A DNA stretch of 63,791 nt, counting the filler, from Phoronis australis (taxonomy: Eukaryota > Animalia > Phoronida): the NCBI GenBank assembly GCA_002633005.1. It is 7 parts of 7 records of this genome, joined end to end, with 100 filler letters (N's around TTAATTAATTAA, not from the genome) between each part and the next. Parts side by side here need not be neighbours in the genome. Positions count along the whole stretch, not along the records: positions 1 to 14,597 come from NMRA01000266.1; 6 more parts are not named here. One strand, given 5' to 3'. The first letter of the stretch is position 1, and every line of letters starts with the position of its first letter. The notes under the pieces were generated by a model. That model did not search any database. It was not told the origin of the DNA and was given only the letters and a program-made list of their open reading frames with translations. Shown here in pieces: positions 1-12,373 of the stretch. A program made the position numbers and the translations under genes.

Positions 1-349
1 ATGAACTACTAGGAAGCTTATACATCGAATTAAAAAACTTCATATACGCTTCCCGGTAACAGTTTCATAGAGGAACATAGCATCGAAATTTAGTCTTTCA
101 CTTCCACTGCACAATTACTGATGAAAGATTGATCAGCACGTCACAACCTAGAAATAATAGACGCAAATTGTGTCAATAACGACAAGCAACACGTATATTC
201 CCAAACTGTGACTATTTTGGCTAAAACGAGACTGTGACTTAATTTCTGACAATTGTGCTGCATGCGAGTCACTTTACATGAAACAGGCCCATGTTGGATT
301 ATCCTTTTCATTAAACCCGTGGTCATACGTCATGTAGTACGTCACGTAC

Positions 350-568
350 CGTTGCACCAATAGCCATCTCCAATAAACCCATCATTGCACGTGCAGACAT
401 AGCTCCCCAGCGTGTTTGTGCAACTGGAGTGCGGAGAGCAGGGGTATGGCTTTGTCCAGCATTCGTCGATGTCTTCACCACAATCTCCGCCAGTGAAACC
501 GACTGGACACGCGCACGTGCCGTTTGCCGCATTATACGTACCACCATGGTAGCATTGAAGAGTTGTGT
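350..568 (-). CDS. Internal exon encoding an EGF-like plus a calcium-binding EGF domain (fibrillin/Notch-like extracellular protein; other exons not identified)
   Basis: Translation ..[72 protein letters not shown] contains the cbEGF signature DIDEC..C..C.N..GSY.C.C..GF.GDG..C. Acceptor ggcag| and donor |gtacgt give a 219-nt phase 1-1 exon, typical of EGF modules. Confidence 0.9.
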
Positions 569-3500
569 CTGCCATTAAATGTCAGTATGTCAAGCATCTT
601 AATTGGTCAGTAATTCTATGGAGACTATAATACTATCGAATTCGCTGGTTCCCTGCGTGCCGCTAGCCAGCACCGGCTACCACCTGGCGGCATGCAGGGA
701 ATAAGCGAGTATCAACAGGTGAAAATGACAAAGAACCTTATCTTTTGCGACACCTGAAGGCGCGTGTCGATCGGCCTGGAACGCGAAAAACAGACTAAAT
801 TGCATTTAATACAAAACGTTTCTCTGGCACTGAGGGAGAATTGAACAAGGTCTTTTTGCAGTTTGTTAGTATACATTTTGAATTTCTTTTGACGTCAAAG
901 CAATTTTCAGTATCAAATTTCACGAAAACGATCAGTCAATCACTCGCCACTTCGTCGATTCTTCCGACAAAGCAAAGCACCTCTCCTTTTGGTATGGCAA
1001 AATACAGAAGAGGCACATTTCATTATATGGAAAATGTGACTTTTGACCGTTAATATATAAAACAATAGCGACTTCAAGCAGCAGCCAGTTCGATTAAAAA
1101 GAAATTAGTGTAAGTCCTTAGTGGCTGAAATTAGTCATAAATGTAAAGATATCGGTATTGTTCAAACATATTCCAAAATGCACTTGGGATATTGATTTCT
1201 CCAGTGGCTTACCTCGTGCTGTGCTGTCGGCCTCAGATTCGGAGTGCCATCACATAGGATAATCTGCCGCTACTATTCATCTTGTGAGTCAGCTGTTTGT
1301 CGAATGATTGTAAGCGTATGTGCCCATTTACCATCAGTGGGAGGGAGATTGCAAACCCTGTGGTGACTATCGAGTTTTTCCACAACGCGTATTTCAAAAA
1401 TTGCGAATTTTGTCCTTTTTACTGGGATTTCCCTCGCAGGAGAAAGTAAATAACCATGAAGTAGACGATGCGAGATGGTACTTTCGTCAAGAATTGTTTA
1501 AAAGATATTTTTGAAGAGCTTCCGCGTTCCATGCGCCTTGTTTTAGGTTTCAATGCAGCTCTGCTTCTATTTTCGAATCTCTTAAGCTCATCCGAATTGG
1601 AACACTGTGTCATTAAAACCGTCGAAAAGCAATTAAAGAAACTCTTTATGAAAAAATGCAAGAACTGAATGAAACAAAAAGACAATTTGAAATGTCGAAA
1701 TATGGGAATACGCGTACCTGTACGAATCGAGCGGTAGCTTAACAAAATCGTGCGTGTGCCAAATTGCCTCGTTTTCAAGCAGTTCACCAGTGTGTAAATG
1801 GGGCTACATGAGAAACAACAGGCAACCGACGGGAAACTTTGAAGAACGCCCGTTCCACGTATGTTATAGGTTAAATATATTTCATTCAACCTCTTCAGCT
1901 TAATGTATGGTCAATTTTTTCACAAACGAAACCTCGACACCACGTTTAAATCATTTTCTTGTTTAAGACTATCAGTACGTCATGCAGGTCAAAGCTATGG
2001 CACGACTTCTCACAGTGAGCGAACATTTGACCTATGTGCTCAATGTCAAGATCGACGATGTGCTTAGTAGGTGACAGGTCTTTTTTGAAATTTGAAACTA
2101 AAAGGAAAATGCTTTGACATAAACAGAAATTCAAAAACTTTTCAAAAAAATCGTAATGGCTCTTGGTGAGCAGGTTGAATTCTATTTCAGTAGAAGGGAA
2201 CCACTTTGAATAATGACGTCTAGTCTGTTTCTTCGCGATCGAGGCCTCTGTAAAAATCGGCAGAGACCGACTAACCGTTGCTTTCAATTGCCAATTAACA
2301 CAGGGAAAATATAATTTTTTGCTCATCAAAGATAGTCATTGATTAGTTCCTATGTCAGAATCTGCTATGATGACATCTTTATTTTATCAGTTATTTTAAA
2401 AGAGGAAGTCATCGAAAGATGGAGTCTTTCAAACAGGATTTAGGTAATAAATACTTTGAAACATAATTGTAAATTATACCTATACTGACGTCTATTTCCT
2501 GTCTTTTAATGTATTATCGCGTTCACTAAACTGTCTTCTTGTTGGATGTGCGTAATTCAATAGAGTGGCAAAGAAATAAAAAGCTCGATACCGGTGCTGC
2601 CGTCTAATGTTTCTATGCGACACCGCTCATTATTTAATTGTAAAATCTTAACTTACTGAAATCTTCCATTCCTGTCCCTGAAAAGGAAATTACGTTACGT
2701 GCATTTCCAAAGGTTGCACCACTGTATTGAGAATGACGTGTGCACGGTGAACACGGCGAAATAATCAAACATTACGCGTTGAAGCACATGGGAAGGAACC
2801 GTGAAAAGGGATTTTAATACAAGTCAAAAACTGCTCTTGCGCTTCCCAGAGCTAGTTCACAAAAGTAGTTAAATCCCATTTGAACAAAAGCGCGAAGTGT
2901 CTCGGAATACGCCCATAACTGCTACTTAGTGAAATAATTTGTATAGTAACATTATTTCTAGAGTGTGATGTGTTAAAAGCAGTATAGTATATAGATAAAT
3001 TTTCTGTCTTAAATCTATGAAAGCAGTTGAAAACTATTTTTTAGATCGATATCTTTTTAACAACTGTTATCATACGAATTGTTGGCAAAAATGTTGATAT
3101 TGAAATCACACCGTTACATTTCGAAAGAATGTCCTTCGAAATTAGTCGAACTCCAAGTTGTTGCTATGAAATGAATCAAGTTTGCTTAGTTACATGGCGA
3201 AGTGATCGGAACCTTCAGAGAAGAAGTTGGACGCGAAGCTCTGGAGTTATCTCCCGTATAAACATGACAGCATGACCCCACGCTATACTTGAAAAATTTT
3301 GTCACCAACGTCACAAGTCAACTTAATCTTTGACTGCCCTGTCGACTGGACGCAGCAGAAAATCAATCAACTCCATGGCGGTGCAGCTCTGAAATAAGTG
3401 GGGCTATACCCCCTCCAGCACCGCCCATGAATTCCGGGCTTGTCACGTGTGACCCATCAAAGTCAAACTTGGGATCAAGAGAAATCGTGTTACCGGGTAT

Positions 3501-5597
3501 TCAGCACTGGTATCAACAGCACCAAGAAAGTTGCCTGTCTGACTCCCGGTAGCTAGAACAGAAATGCCACAAACGATTCTATTGTTTCAAATTGCTCATG
3601 TCAACAGGGAAAGTCTTAAACCGGAAGTAATTCTAATTTCCATGTTTGGTAATCCCTATTTTGAACCGCCATAAGTATCCAGAATTCACCAAACCTGTTG
3701 CTCATTAACCGTATTACGATTCTTTCGGGGTCTTCTTACTGCACCAAAATGGTCCAATATACTAATCCGCCGTCTCCAAATTTTAGACACTAGTCTATTT
3801 TACTTGAAAACGTGAGTGCACTTTGATGTAGTCAATGATGTGAGGTTCTTATTACGTAACTGTATTGTCTGAAGTAAATGTGTTGTTTTATATAAAAAGT
3901 GACCACAAAGACGGAGAAAACGCCGTTTTAGGCTAAAACAATGTTGATAGCAGCTTACCTTACTGATAATTTAGGTTCGAGTTATCTCTATTCTCTAGCT
4001 CACGTCTGTCCCGTATACACGACTGAATGATACTTAGTAATAACAAAGCATTTTTTCGTCGTAATTTTTTCTAACGTGCTTTAGCCAAGGCCTTGTCATA
4101 AGAGTAACTGTCAGACCTCCGACATAGACCAAACCAGTCAATTAGCGACTCGATACTCAACAGGTGGCGCTCAGGAATAACTGTCCTTTCAGACGTTTGA
4201 ATAGATTGAGAGCAGAAGATAATTCATCAGCATGAGCGCTTTGGAGTGATAAAGAACCCACGTGATTTGCATGAATGCGGGTATTTATATGCTAGGACCT
4301 CGCTAGAAATCAAGACTTCGCGAGACTACGTGAGATATTGCAGTGTATTTTAAAAGAGAACACGTGACTTTGACTAGATTTTAGCCAAGTCCTAGCGTAG
4401 GTCCTAGCGTCTACTGAACGCACGCCTGGTGAATCTCGAGTTATGCATTGTGTTCAGAGATCTGAAGTCATATAACCATCAATTCCTAACACTAGTGACT
4501 AGTATGGTGCGACTTCTTAATTCTCTGCTTCATAGATACAGTAGCAGAATAAATTTCTAAATTTGTTTTTTCCAACACCAAGACGACCTTACTCTACTTT
4601 TCCAGCTTCTGTGTAAGTGAAATTTTGTAGCCTGACCTCAGGATTACATCCGTCTCGTACAAAATTATGTGATACTGGCTGGTGACAAGACATGATTACG
4701 ATAGACTGACCAGTAACGCACATGTAACAAACCATTCATATCACACGAGTAGGTAAGTTGCGAAAATGAAACAAAGTATTAAAAATTTTCTTTAAAATTA
4801 TTTTTACAGACAAAATCTGAACTTAAATATATTTCTTTGGCCGTTCTTAGACACATTCAAAGATGAATGTTTGCTTAAGATACAGCTAGGCCCAAGATCT
4901 ATCCATTGTACTAGAAATCCAATTCGACATTATTGTACTCTATGTATCATATTTTGTGTAATTCGAGAGAAGTGTCTATTACTGTCATAAACCATGCGCC
5001 ACTGCACTTAGATGATTCGCTTAGTTTGCGCTGTGAGTTCGAGTGTGAACTTGAAATTCCGAGTTTTTCTCGAAAGCTCGAATTTTCACTTCGGTCTGTA
5101 CTTCGAATCTTTAAGCTTTGAAATGTTATTTCGGACTAGTTACTTGTCAACAGAAATTGTAACATTCTTGAGCACAGAAAAATAGGCGCAGTTCACGCTG
5201 TTAAAACTTCACTTTGTTTTAGAGTAGAACAGAAAACATCGAAATTAATTAATTAAATACCGGGTGTGCGCCATTTTTTTTCCGCAACGCTCAACACAGA
5301 TGTGATACCTCAATCCATATGAATGAAGCGGATTTTAGGTCAAAAACAAGATTTTTGAAATAGATAATGTTAGTCCCAGGTTGTACTTAAATCTGACATA
5401 AGTGATATTTGAATTTGTGTTAAATACTATAAGACCGCGGTTGAGATTCGTTCATCTAGAGTCAAGAATCTCGCGTAGGAAACCACTGTGATTACGTGTT
5501 TCAATGACACCTTGAGGTCTAGCATTATATGACGTTTTCGGGCTCGAACACTAGATGAAGTTATTAAAAATTTATCGACTTGAAGGAGACCTTTTGA

Positions 5598-5752
5598 GTG
5601 GCGGATTTAAGGGGAGGGGGCAAAGGAGCCGTGGCCTGACCTAAAATTTATCCCAGATTCTATTTGGCAAATCGGGGATGTGAATGTTTGACGGGCAAAA
5701 TCCTGGCTAATACTTTGCCCTGCCCCCCTCCCCAACTCAAAAATCCTGGATC
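5598..5752. mobile_element. ~155-bp MITE copy (CAGTGGCGGATTT / GGATCCGCCCCTG family), one end eroded
   Basis: Similar along its length to copies at 21440-21594, 30933-31084, 51620-51735 and 55154-55312. Confidence 0.75.
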
Positions 5753-5837
5753 TAGTATTATTTTTGTTGTTTGGTAGACTTTTAATAAATTCTCCACTGT
5801 TGAGTAACACCTTATTGGATACCACTTTTATAGTATG

Positions 5838-5873
<36 letters not shown>
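5838..5873. repeat. (CAA)n microsatellite
   Basis: About 12 consecutive CAA units. Confidence 0.95.
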
Positions 5874-5875
<2 letters not shown>

Positions 5876-6118
5876 CATATTAATAAACCTAATAGTGATA
5901 ATAATAATGATAAATAAGTCAGATTTACGTATTTGCGTTATAATTGTTCTGCTTCGTTGGTACAATGTACGTTGACTCTACTCAGTGCATTTGCACCATG
6001 TCATATTTTTAGCCTGTCCTTGACTTTGGTAACGCTTTTATCGCGCCTCCCCCCCAACTGCACGGTTTCCCACGTGACCGACAACAGGTGGGAGTTCCAC
6101 GGAGGCAGTTTTTGGTTG

Positions 6119-6125
6119 TATAAAA
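6119..6125 (+). promoter_or_regulatory. TATA box of the Kazal-type gene
   Basis: TATAAAA 60 bp upstream of the ATG at 6179, followed ~25 bp later by an Inr-like CCACTTTC. CACGTG E-box at 6071-6076. Confidence 0.65.
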
Positions 6126-6178
6126 GGTGTGCTATAAGAGAGCCACTTTCACGCTACACGGTGCCTGCTAACTCAACC

Positions 6179-6215
6179 ATGAAGTGTTTGATCGTTTTTG
6201 TGGCTTTCATTGGGG
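6179..6215 (+). CDS. Two-domain Kazal-type protein, exon 1 (signal peptide MKCLIVFVAFIG)
   Basis: accATG start, hydrophobic N-terminus, phase-1 donor G|gtgagt. Confidence 0.85.
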
Positions 6216-7733
6216 GTGAGTCTCTGTTTTCTTGCAGATCATTTTGTGCCTTAGTTTTGGGAGGTATTATAGGGCTAGTGTTTAGCTGTGGCTAGATTTA
6301 CACAGCAGAAAGTTTAATAATTGCGCGTTTAAGATTTTATTATTTTTGTTATTCCTAACTGTCTTCCTCCAAGTCTCACCTCCAGGCGGAGAGACGAAAA
6401 CGATGAGCATGAAATGAAAGTTCACAAGCCTCTTATGACAGGTATTATGTTGTCACACGATCTCATCGGGTATTTTAGTAACTTCAAATTATCCCCCATG
6501 TATCGTTACTGAGCTTGTCAGAACTTAGACCAAAACAGCATGTCGTGTGACTTTTAAAATGGAGAATGCTTGAAATTTGTCAGTGCACAAGAGTTAACGG
6601 TGTAACGCGAAGCCGACTTGGGGTTGAGAATGGCCGTCGCGTACGAGGCTAGCTGTTCCCAACCAGTTCACAAATAAGCAACATTCTTTTCTTTCTTTTA
6701 TGCTGTCGTCGGTCCCCGTACATGTATATTGCAGGCCTCCTGTAAAAAACTGCAGCACAGGACATTCTATGTTAAGGTTATCACAAACCTTATTCACGAA
6801 TATTGGTTGCTTTTACAATTTCCCGCATTTTTAGCAAAATACTTTACTCCTATTCTCAGGGAACTTCAAATACGAAATGCGTGCCGTGTAGGGAGAAAAA
6901 AAGGTTTTTTTCGGGACCACTTTCAATAGCGTGGAATTTTTTTTATCCAAGATTAACGGTTACACAACTGTTGCTCAAACTGTTCTTTTATTCACTGAAT
7001 CGTAATAATTTTGAGTCAACGAGGTGTACACAGCATGCAAAGATGCCGCGGAAATCGAAGACAAAACGTAATCTGAGAGAGTTGCGCGCCTGCGTACAGT
7101 GTACATGTACATACGACCGTTGATTACAGTATGCTGAATGCAACGAGTCGCCGCGCGGAGTCCGCTACTTTGGTTTGACGAGCACATTGAGTTGAAAAAA
7201 GGACAATTTTAATATCCACGTATCATTTCTGATTTTAAAGGCCTAGTTTTTGCGTACCAACAGAAACACGAATGCGACTGATATTTTTTACAAAAATACC
7301 TTACGTTTTGAGAGTTAATTTGGCATAAAAACCAAACTAAGTAAGCACCTGAATATTCTCAACAGCCCTTTTGAGATAGATCGTGACGTTTTCATTTAAA
7401 AACGACTGAACTTTTATTTTGCTGTGAATGTATTTTTCTTAAAAACAAAAGTTTGACCGAAAGAAGATGGTAATGTGATAATAGTAATGACACATAAACA
7501 TGAAATATATTTACATAATTCCTGATATTTTTCCTTTAAAAACATGTACTATTACCAATTGCAATTTGCCTGATTTACATTGTATGTATGAATTAGAATG
7601 GAGGTCACATAACAAGGTTTGAGATAACTTTAACCAAACTCGGCAGGGAAAAGATTTCACGGTCGATATCTGACATACTCCACTTTAGAAAATGTGTGCG
7701 ACGAGTGAAAAACATTCTGACCTTCTTTTTTAG

Positions 7734-7842
7734 TCTGCGTTGCCTTCAACAGCAGACAATGCAGCCGATTAGCCCGGATGGACTGTGACAAGGTGGACGA
7801 AGAGGAGAAGTGCGACAAGGAAGGAAACGTTTACAGAAATAT
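7734..7842 (+). CDS. Two-domain Kazal-type protein, exon 2
   Basis: Acceptor ccttctttttag|. Encodes VCVAFNSRQCSRLARMDCDKVDEEEKCDKEGNVYRN. Phase-2 donor AT|gtgagt. Confidence 0.88.
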
Positions 7843-8191
7843 GTGAGTCACTTATCAAGTTTGGTAGAGAGTTTACAGAAATATGTTAGTCACTTATCAA
7901 GTTTGGTAGAGAGTTTACTACAAAAATATGTGAGTCGCTTATCAAGTTTGGTAGAGAGTTTACAGAAATATGTGAGTCACTTATCAAGTTTGGTAGAGAG
8001 TTTACTACAAAAATATGTGAGTCGCTTATCAAGTTTGGTAGAGAGTTTACAGAAATATGTGAGTCACTTATCAAGTTTGGTAGAGAGTTTACAGATATAT
8101 GTGAGTCGCTAGTTATCAAGTTTGGTAGAGAGTTCTCAGAAATATGTGAGTCGTGCATCAAGCTTGGTAGAGTTTACAAAATATGTGAGTC
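7829..8191 (+). repeat. 42/45-bp minisatellite (~8.5 units) containing the exon-2 splice donor
   Basis: Unit gtttacagaaatatGTGAGTcacttatcaagtttggtagaga, starting at 7829, 7871, 7913, 7958, 8000, 8045, 8087, 8132 and 8172. Confidence 0.95.
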
Positions 8192-8677
8192 ATGTACCTG
8201 TTGTGGTAGAGAGATTGTTTAGTATAAACATGTGAGAAATGTAACATCTGTAGTACAGAGTTCACCGACATAAGGGAGTTATAGATCAGTTTTGGCCGAT
8301 ACCGTGCATACATGTGTAGCTGTAGGAAGCGGGAGCCGGGAGGCGAGCGACCGCCACTCATGACGGTGGAGGGCAGAANACGGTGGAGGGCACAACACTC
8401 CCCCCCCCCTCTACTATCCGAACTTATCAGTCAAAAATAAGCCAGAGGTGAGCCCCGGCAGGGGATGTTTGTGCCCTCAAAAACTTGCAGACGTGAGGGC
8501 GAAAACTTGTGAACTACATTGGTGTAGCGCTGTTGAGGGACAGAGCCAGGCGAAACGTATTCACGAGAGAAATCAATTTTTCAGAGAACTTTTGTCAACT
8601 ACGAGTGTAGTTCTCGACCGCACAAACTCTATAGCAGTATGCAGGTCCATAAGTTCACATATCACTTCGTCTTTCAG

Positions 8678-8881
8678 GTGTGCCTTCAAGAAAGCCCGGT
8701 GTGCAAACAGACGCCTGCTCCCAGCCGACTGTGTCAAACCCACCGAAGGCTCCGGTTCCGGTGACAAGGAGAAGAAAATCGAGTTCGAGATTGAATGTAA
8801 AGAGAAAATGGCTAAGGACTGTACTAAGGAAGGCGGTTGGAAAAAGATCTGCGACAACGAGGGAAACGAATATGCCAACAG
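8678..8881 (+). CDS. Two-domain Kazal-type protein, exon 3 (ends at a GC donor)
   Basis: Acceptor tcgtctttcag|. Encodes CAFKKARCANRRLLPADCVKPTEGSGSGDKEKKIEFEIECKEKMAKDCTKEGGWKKICDNEGNEYAN. 204 nt, phase 2-2, donor AG|gcaagt. Confidence 0.88.
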
Positions 8882-9222
8882 GCAAGTAACACAGTGGACC
8901 TCTTGCAGGTTCATCTGAATGCAGAGAATAGTAAATTGCCAAAGCATTATGCTAATGAAACAAGAACCCGATCGCGATGATTACCCATAATTCCTCCCGG
9001 CAGACGTGAGTGACAGCCGTAAGGAAGTCCATGTTTCATTCACTTTATTCGGTGGTCGGTGACTGGATAGTCACGAAGTAAATGAAGGGTATTCCATATA
9101 GTCATATATTCTCGTCACACTTTAAAAATATATTTGTTTAATGAACAGGTATTCCGTTTTAACATGGCAATAAACCGAACAAGCGAACGTGATCGGTTTT
9201 TATTTTGTTTATTTTATTGCAG

Positions 9223-9283
9223 GTGTGAATTTCACAAAGCTCAGTGCGCCAACAGCCAGCTCAGGTGGAGATTCTGCAAGTGA
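9223..9283 (+). CDS. Two-domain Kazal-type protein, exon 4 (terminal)
   Basis: Acceptor attttattgcag|. Encodes (R)CEFHKAQCANSQLRWRFCK-stop and parallels the start of exon 3. Joined CDS is 411 nt = 136 aa + stop, with 6 Cys per domain. Confidence 0.88.
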
Positions 9284-9939
9284 GAAAAGGCTGCTTGTCT
9301 GTATACGTAGCACATTAAAACTGGAAATGACTACTAAAATATAGCAGAAGGTACTAAAAATGAAAGTTGTTTTCATATTTGGCACAACATACAAAGGAAG
9401 GTAAACGTAATGAGGAAAGATTTGGTTGGTTAAGTGCCCACAACTGTCGACAGTCCACAACACAACTATATCTTTAACGTGACATTTCACTTAAAAGTAG
9501 AAAAGAACATTTCAAAAATAATTTGAAACCACTTAAACATGAACCAGAAAATTACAAAAGTAATTGAGAGTAACTAAACGTTCATGTATAACCGAAAACT
9601 ACAAGCATAATTTGGAGATAACTAGGTTTGATGTGACAAGACGTAAACATTGTTATCAGATAAAGTACTCTGTGCTACAATTGGCTACAAATAAGAGGTT
9701 GTTGGTGGAAACACTCAATGTCCTTGCAATTACCCAATTGTCAGACACCATACCTTTAACGCACCAAATATCATTATGACAAACGCACCCACTGCGACCA
9801 TTACGGTCTAACATCAATCAAAAGAGAAAATTTGTCATTCTTGCATAGAGGCACACTCACAAAGAGACACACAAATGACTTGGCTATCAAGTTATCTTTC
9901 CCTCATAATTTTGTATGTTGTGCATTTCCTCAAAGTTTC

Positions 9940-11285
9940 AGTTAATTACAGCCTCCCTTTATTCTATTGATTAGTCGTGCCCTGCTCCGGAAGTGACGTT
10001 TAGGGGTTAGATATTTCGTTTCTGCGTTCGAGTTTACTGTGAGGATTTGTACTACTGTTGTTTTCGTGCTGTTCTTCTAAAATTGTCGTCACCAATTCCC
10101 AACGATGAATATTCTATGACAAGCTAGGTTGTTAGAAAACTGAATTACGTTGGATTTAGGATCTTTTAGTTTGTAACAGCCTGGAAATGGCTGGAGTAGG
10201 AGACCCATATCACAGACACAGTGACGGAGACATTGTTCATAGCAGTGGTGATGAGAAATTTTTTCGCAAACACTCAGTGGGTGTATACCGTGGCAGAATA
10301 CGTACTGACAGCCATGAGAGGGATGAGGTAGAGACTAATGGACAAACGTGGTAGGACGTCTCCATGCAAATGCACGGTGTGCACTGTGATGCCAATGCTG
10401 TTTCTACTGGATGGTGACCCAAGCATGTAAACCGCTTACGTCCCACTGTGTGACTCCCTTGCCTCACACGGGCAAATTCTACCTCCAATATTTTTTTCCA
10501 CAATAAACTTATCAAAGTTTGGCTCACCGGTCTGTTCACTGCACGACGAACTATCCTCCTCACCAGGTGTCGAGCTGAGCATGTGTTTACTCCCACTACT
10601 CAACATCCCTGCAGGGCTGCTTACATTCTCTGGGCTGGACAGCAGACTTGCTGGAACTGCACGCTCTAGGGGTAGGTTCGGAGACACGGGTGACTGTAAA
10701 TGCAGGACCTCCAGTCATTACATAGAGGCCACATCTCGCGAGGTTTCTCGCTTCAATAAGGCATTTCTCGGGGGTGGCGAGGAGGCACTGCCGGGAATCA
10801 ACAACGACAGTACGGCACCTGTTTCCAGGCGTTGTTTTGCAGGAAATATCATCAAGTCCGCGTACATACATGTACCTCTTTCGTAATCCGACAGCTGTAA
10901 ATGCTTGCCATACACACGGTAATTCTCAACTGCTTTGTACGTTGCGTGGACGGGTAACGCTCCGTTCTTCACGCACGAACGACCCAAGTACGGCGGAGTG
11001 TGTCATCTTTTGGAACACGATGTAATGGCATGCCCAGAGTGCGCGGGAGACGATAATGAGTACAACCCGGCCAGTACGCAGCAACCGTGAGGCAGGTTGA
11101 CCGACTGGTAAACGAACGCAAACGACGACCGAACCTATCACAACCGGGGTAAACCAATGACTGTCTCGGCAGCTCACAGTCAGACTATATGAAAACCAAA
11201 TGGCGGGAAATTCTTAACCCAATAAATGTCACTTCCGTAGTAAGGCACGACTAATTAATAAAATTACGGGAAGCCCTTATTAACT
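9940..11285 (-). mobile_element. Decayed ~1.35-kb DNA transposon with imperfect terminal inverted repeats carrying a THAP-domain remnant
   Basis: ttagtcgtgccctgctccggaagtgacgttta (~9971) is inverted relative to taaatgtcacttccgtagtaaggcacgactaa (~11223); similarity extends ~80 bp. Confidence 0.65.
10790..11095 (-). pseudogene. Frameshifted THAP zinc-finger domain
   Basis: Across frames: PHGCCV / PGCTH..GMPLHRVPKDDTLRRTWVVR / VKNGALPVHATYKAVENYRVYGKHLQLSDYER..KQRLETGAVLSL. This matches THAP C2CH spacing, the HxFP..W motif, the RVCxxHF motif and the AVP box. Confidence 0.75.
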
Positions 11286-12242
11286 CAAAATACGTCTGGG
11301 ATAATCAACTAACCGTAATTTTACTAAAAATGACATGAAAATGGTTGTCTTCTCCTTTAAACATGGTGGGTACCGTCAAAGCATCAGCTTTTGTCAGATC
11401 TAAAAACACAACAAGACCATTCATGTGCCCACCTTCCATGAAGAAAATGTGGTCAGTTAGATTGCATAGGGCAATCTTTTGAGTGGGTCGGTCAAGGCAG
11501 CACTACGCGATTGCTCGCCATGGTTAGCCAATAGTAGACTACCAGTACACAAGTCCGACCGAAACGACACGTAGTCTCTCAGTAATCTGGACAGGGACTA
11601 TGCCGATCCTTCGAGTAGCAGAAAAGCGTGACTACGCTGCATAAATTCGCAAAAGAGAGTCTACATGAAACGCTCCACAGTGTAATTTTACGCAGGCCCG
11701 ACATGAAACCCGCTTACCTGTTGGGAGATGGTGTTGAATGGTGTATTCAGACTTCGTTTAGCAGAGGACTAGAGGGACAATCCCGCTTTCCCCTTCAAGT
11801 TGCGAGCCAAGAACTTGAAGAGGGTAGTATTGTAGACAATAATTTAAAAATGAAGAAGGTAACAAAATGTCAAGGCTGAAAAAATGGGGACAAGATGTTT
11901 GACAAGAAAGTTTGATTTTCGTTGACTATCTACGGCTTTAGGAGACAACTTTCCGTTGTCCAGTTATATCCAGAAGAATTTTCAAACCTTTCGCTTCTTC
12001 TTCAGTCAGTAGCGTAAGTTGGTGAACCGAATATGCCTCATCTTACTCCATTGAAGACAACTTGTGCGCATACGCAACATTACAATGAAACAGAGTTTCG
12101 GGACTGCCGATAGGCAGCATTTCTTTCGCCCCAGGTAATGAAACACAGTCCTCCATGACCAAAACACAAAGAAAACATACTTCTCTATATACTTTAATTC
12201 AAAATCAGAGTTCCGTCCGTTCATTAACACTTTTGAACACAG

Positions 12243-12373
12243 TTAACCAATAAGAATAGCTGTAGGATCATCCTCCGGTCTGCAGCAATGAAACCGGACA
12301 TCGTTCAAAGCAGTGTCATCTCCACCATATTGGTTATCCTCCACACGTGTCTGGATACCACAGATGGCGCTCC
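12243..12373 (-). CDS. VMO1: Vitelline membrane outer layer protein 1-like, terminal exon
   Basis: Acceptor ttttcgattctag|. Encodes [43 protein letters not shown]-stop, the classic VMO-I C-terminal ICG.QTR....GDDTALN.V.F.CC motif. Confidence 0.93.

Noticed and set aside
840-2460. Fragmentary ORFs that might be a decayed transposase
   Set aside because: No diagnostic motif could be identified by eye.
6064-6098. CSL (TTCCCACG) and kappaB-like (GGGAGTTCC) motifs upstream of the Kazal TATA box
   Set aside because: Short motifs arise by chance; no conservation data are available.
7810-8161. ORFs with LQKYVSHLSSLVES / SDSHISVNSLPNLI repeats
   Set aside because: Products of the 42/45-bp minisatellite; the true coding frame stops at ATG TGA.
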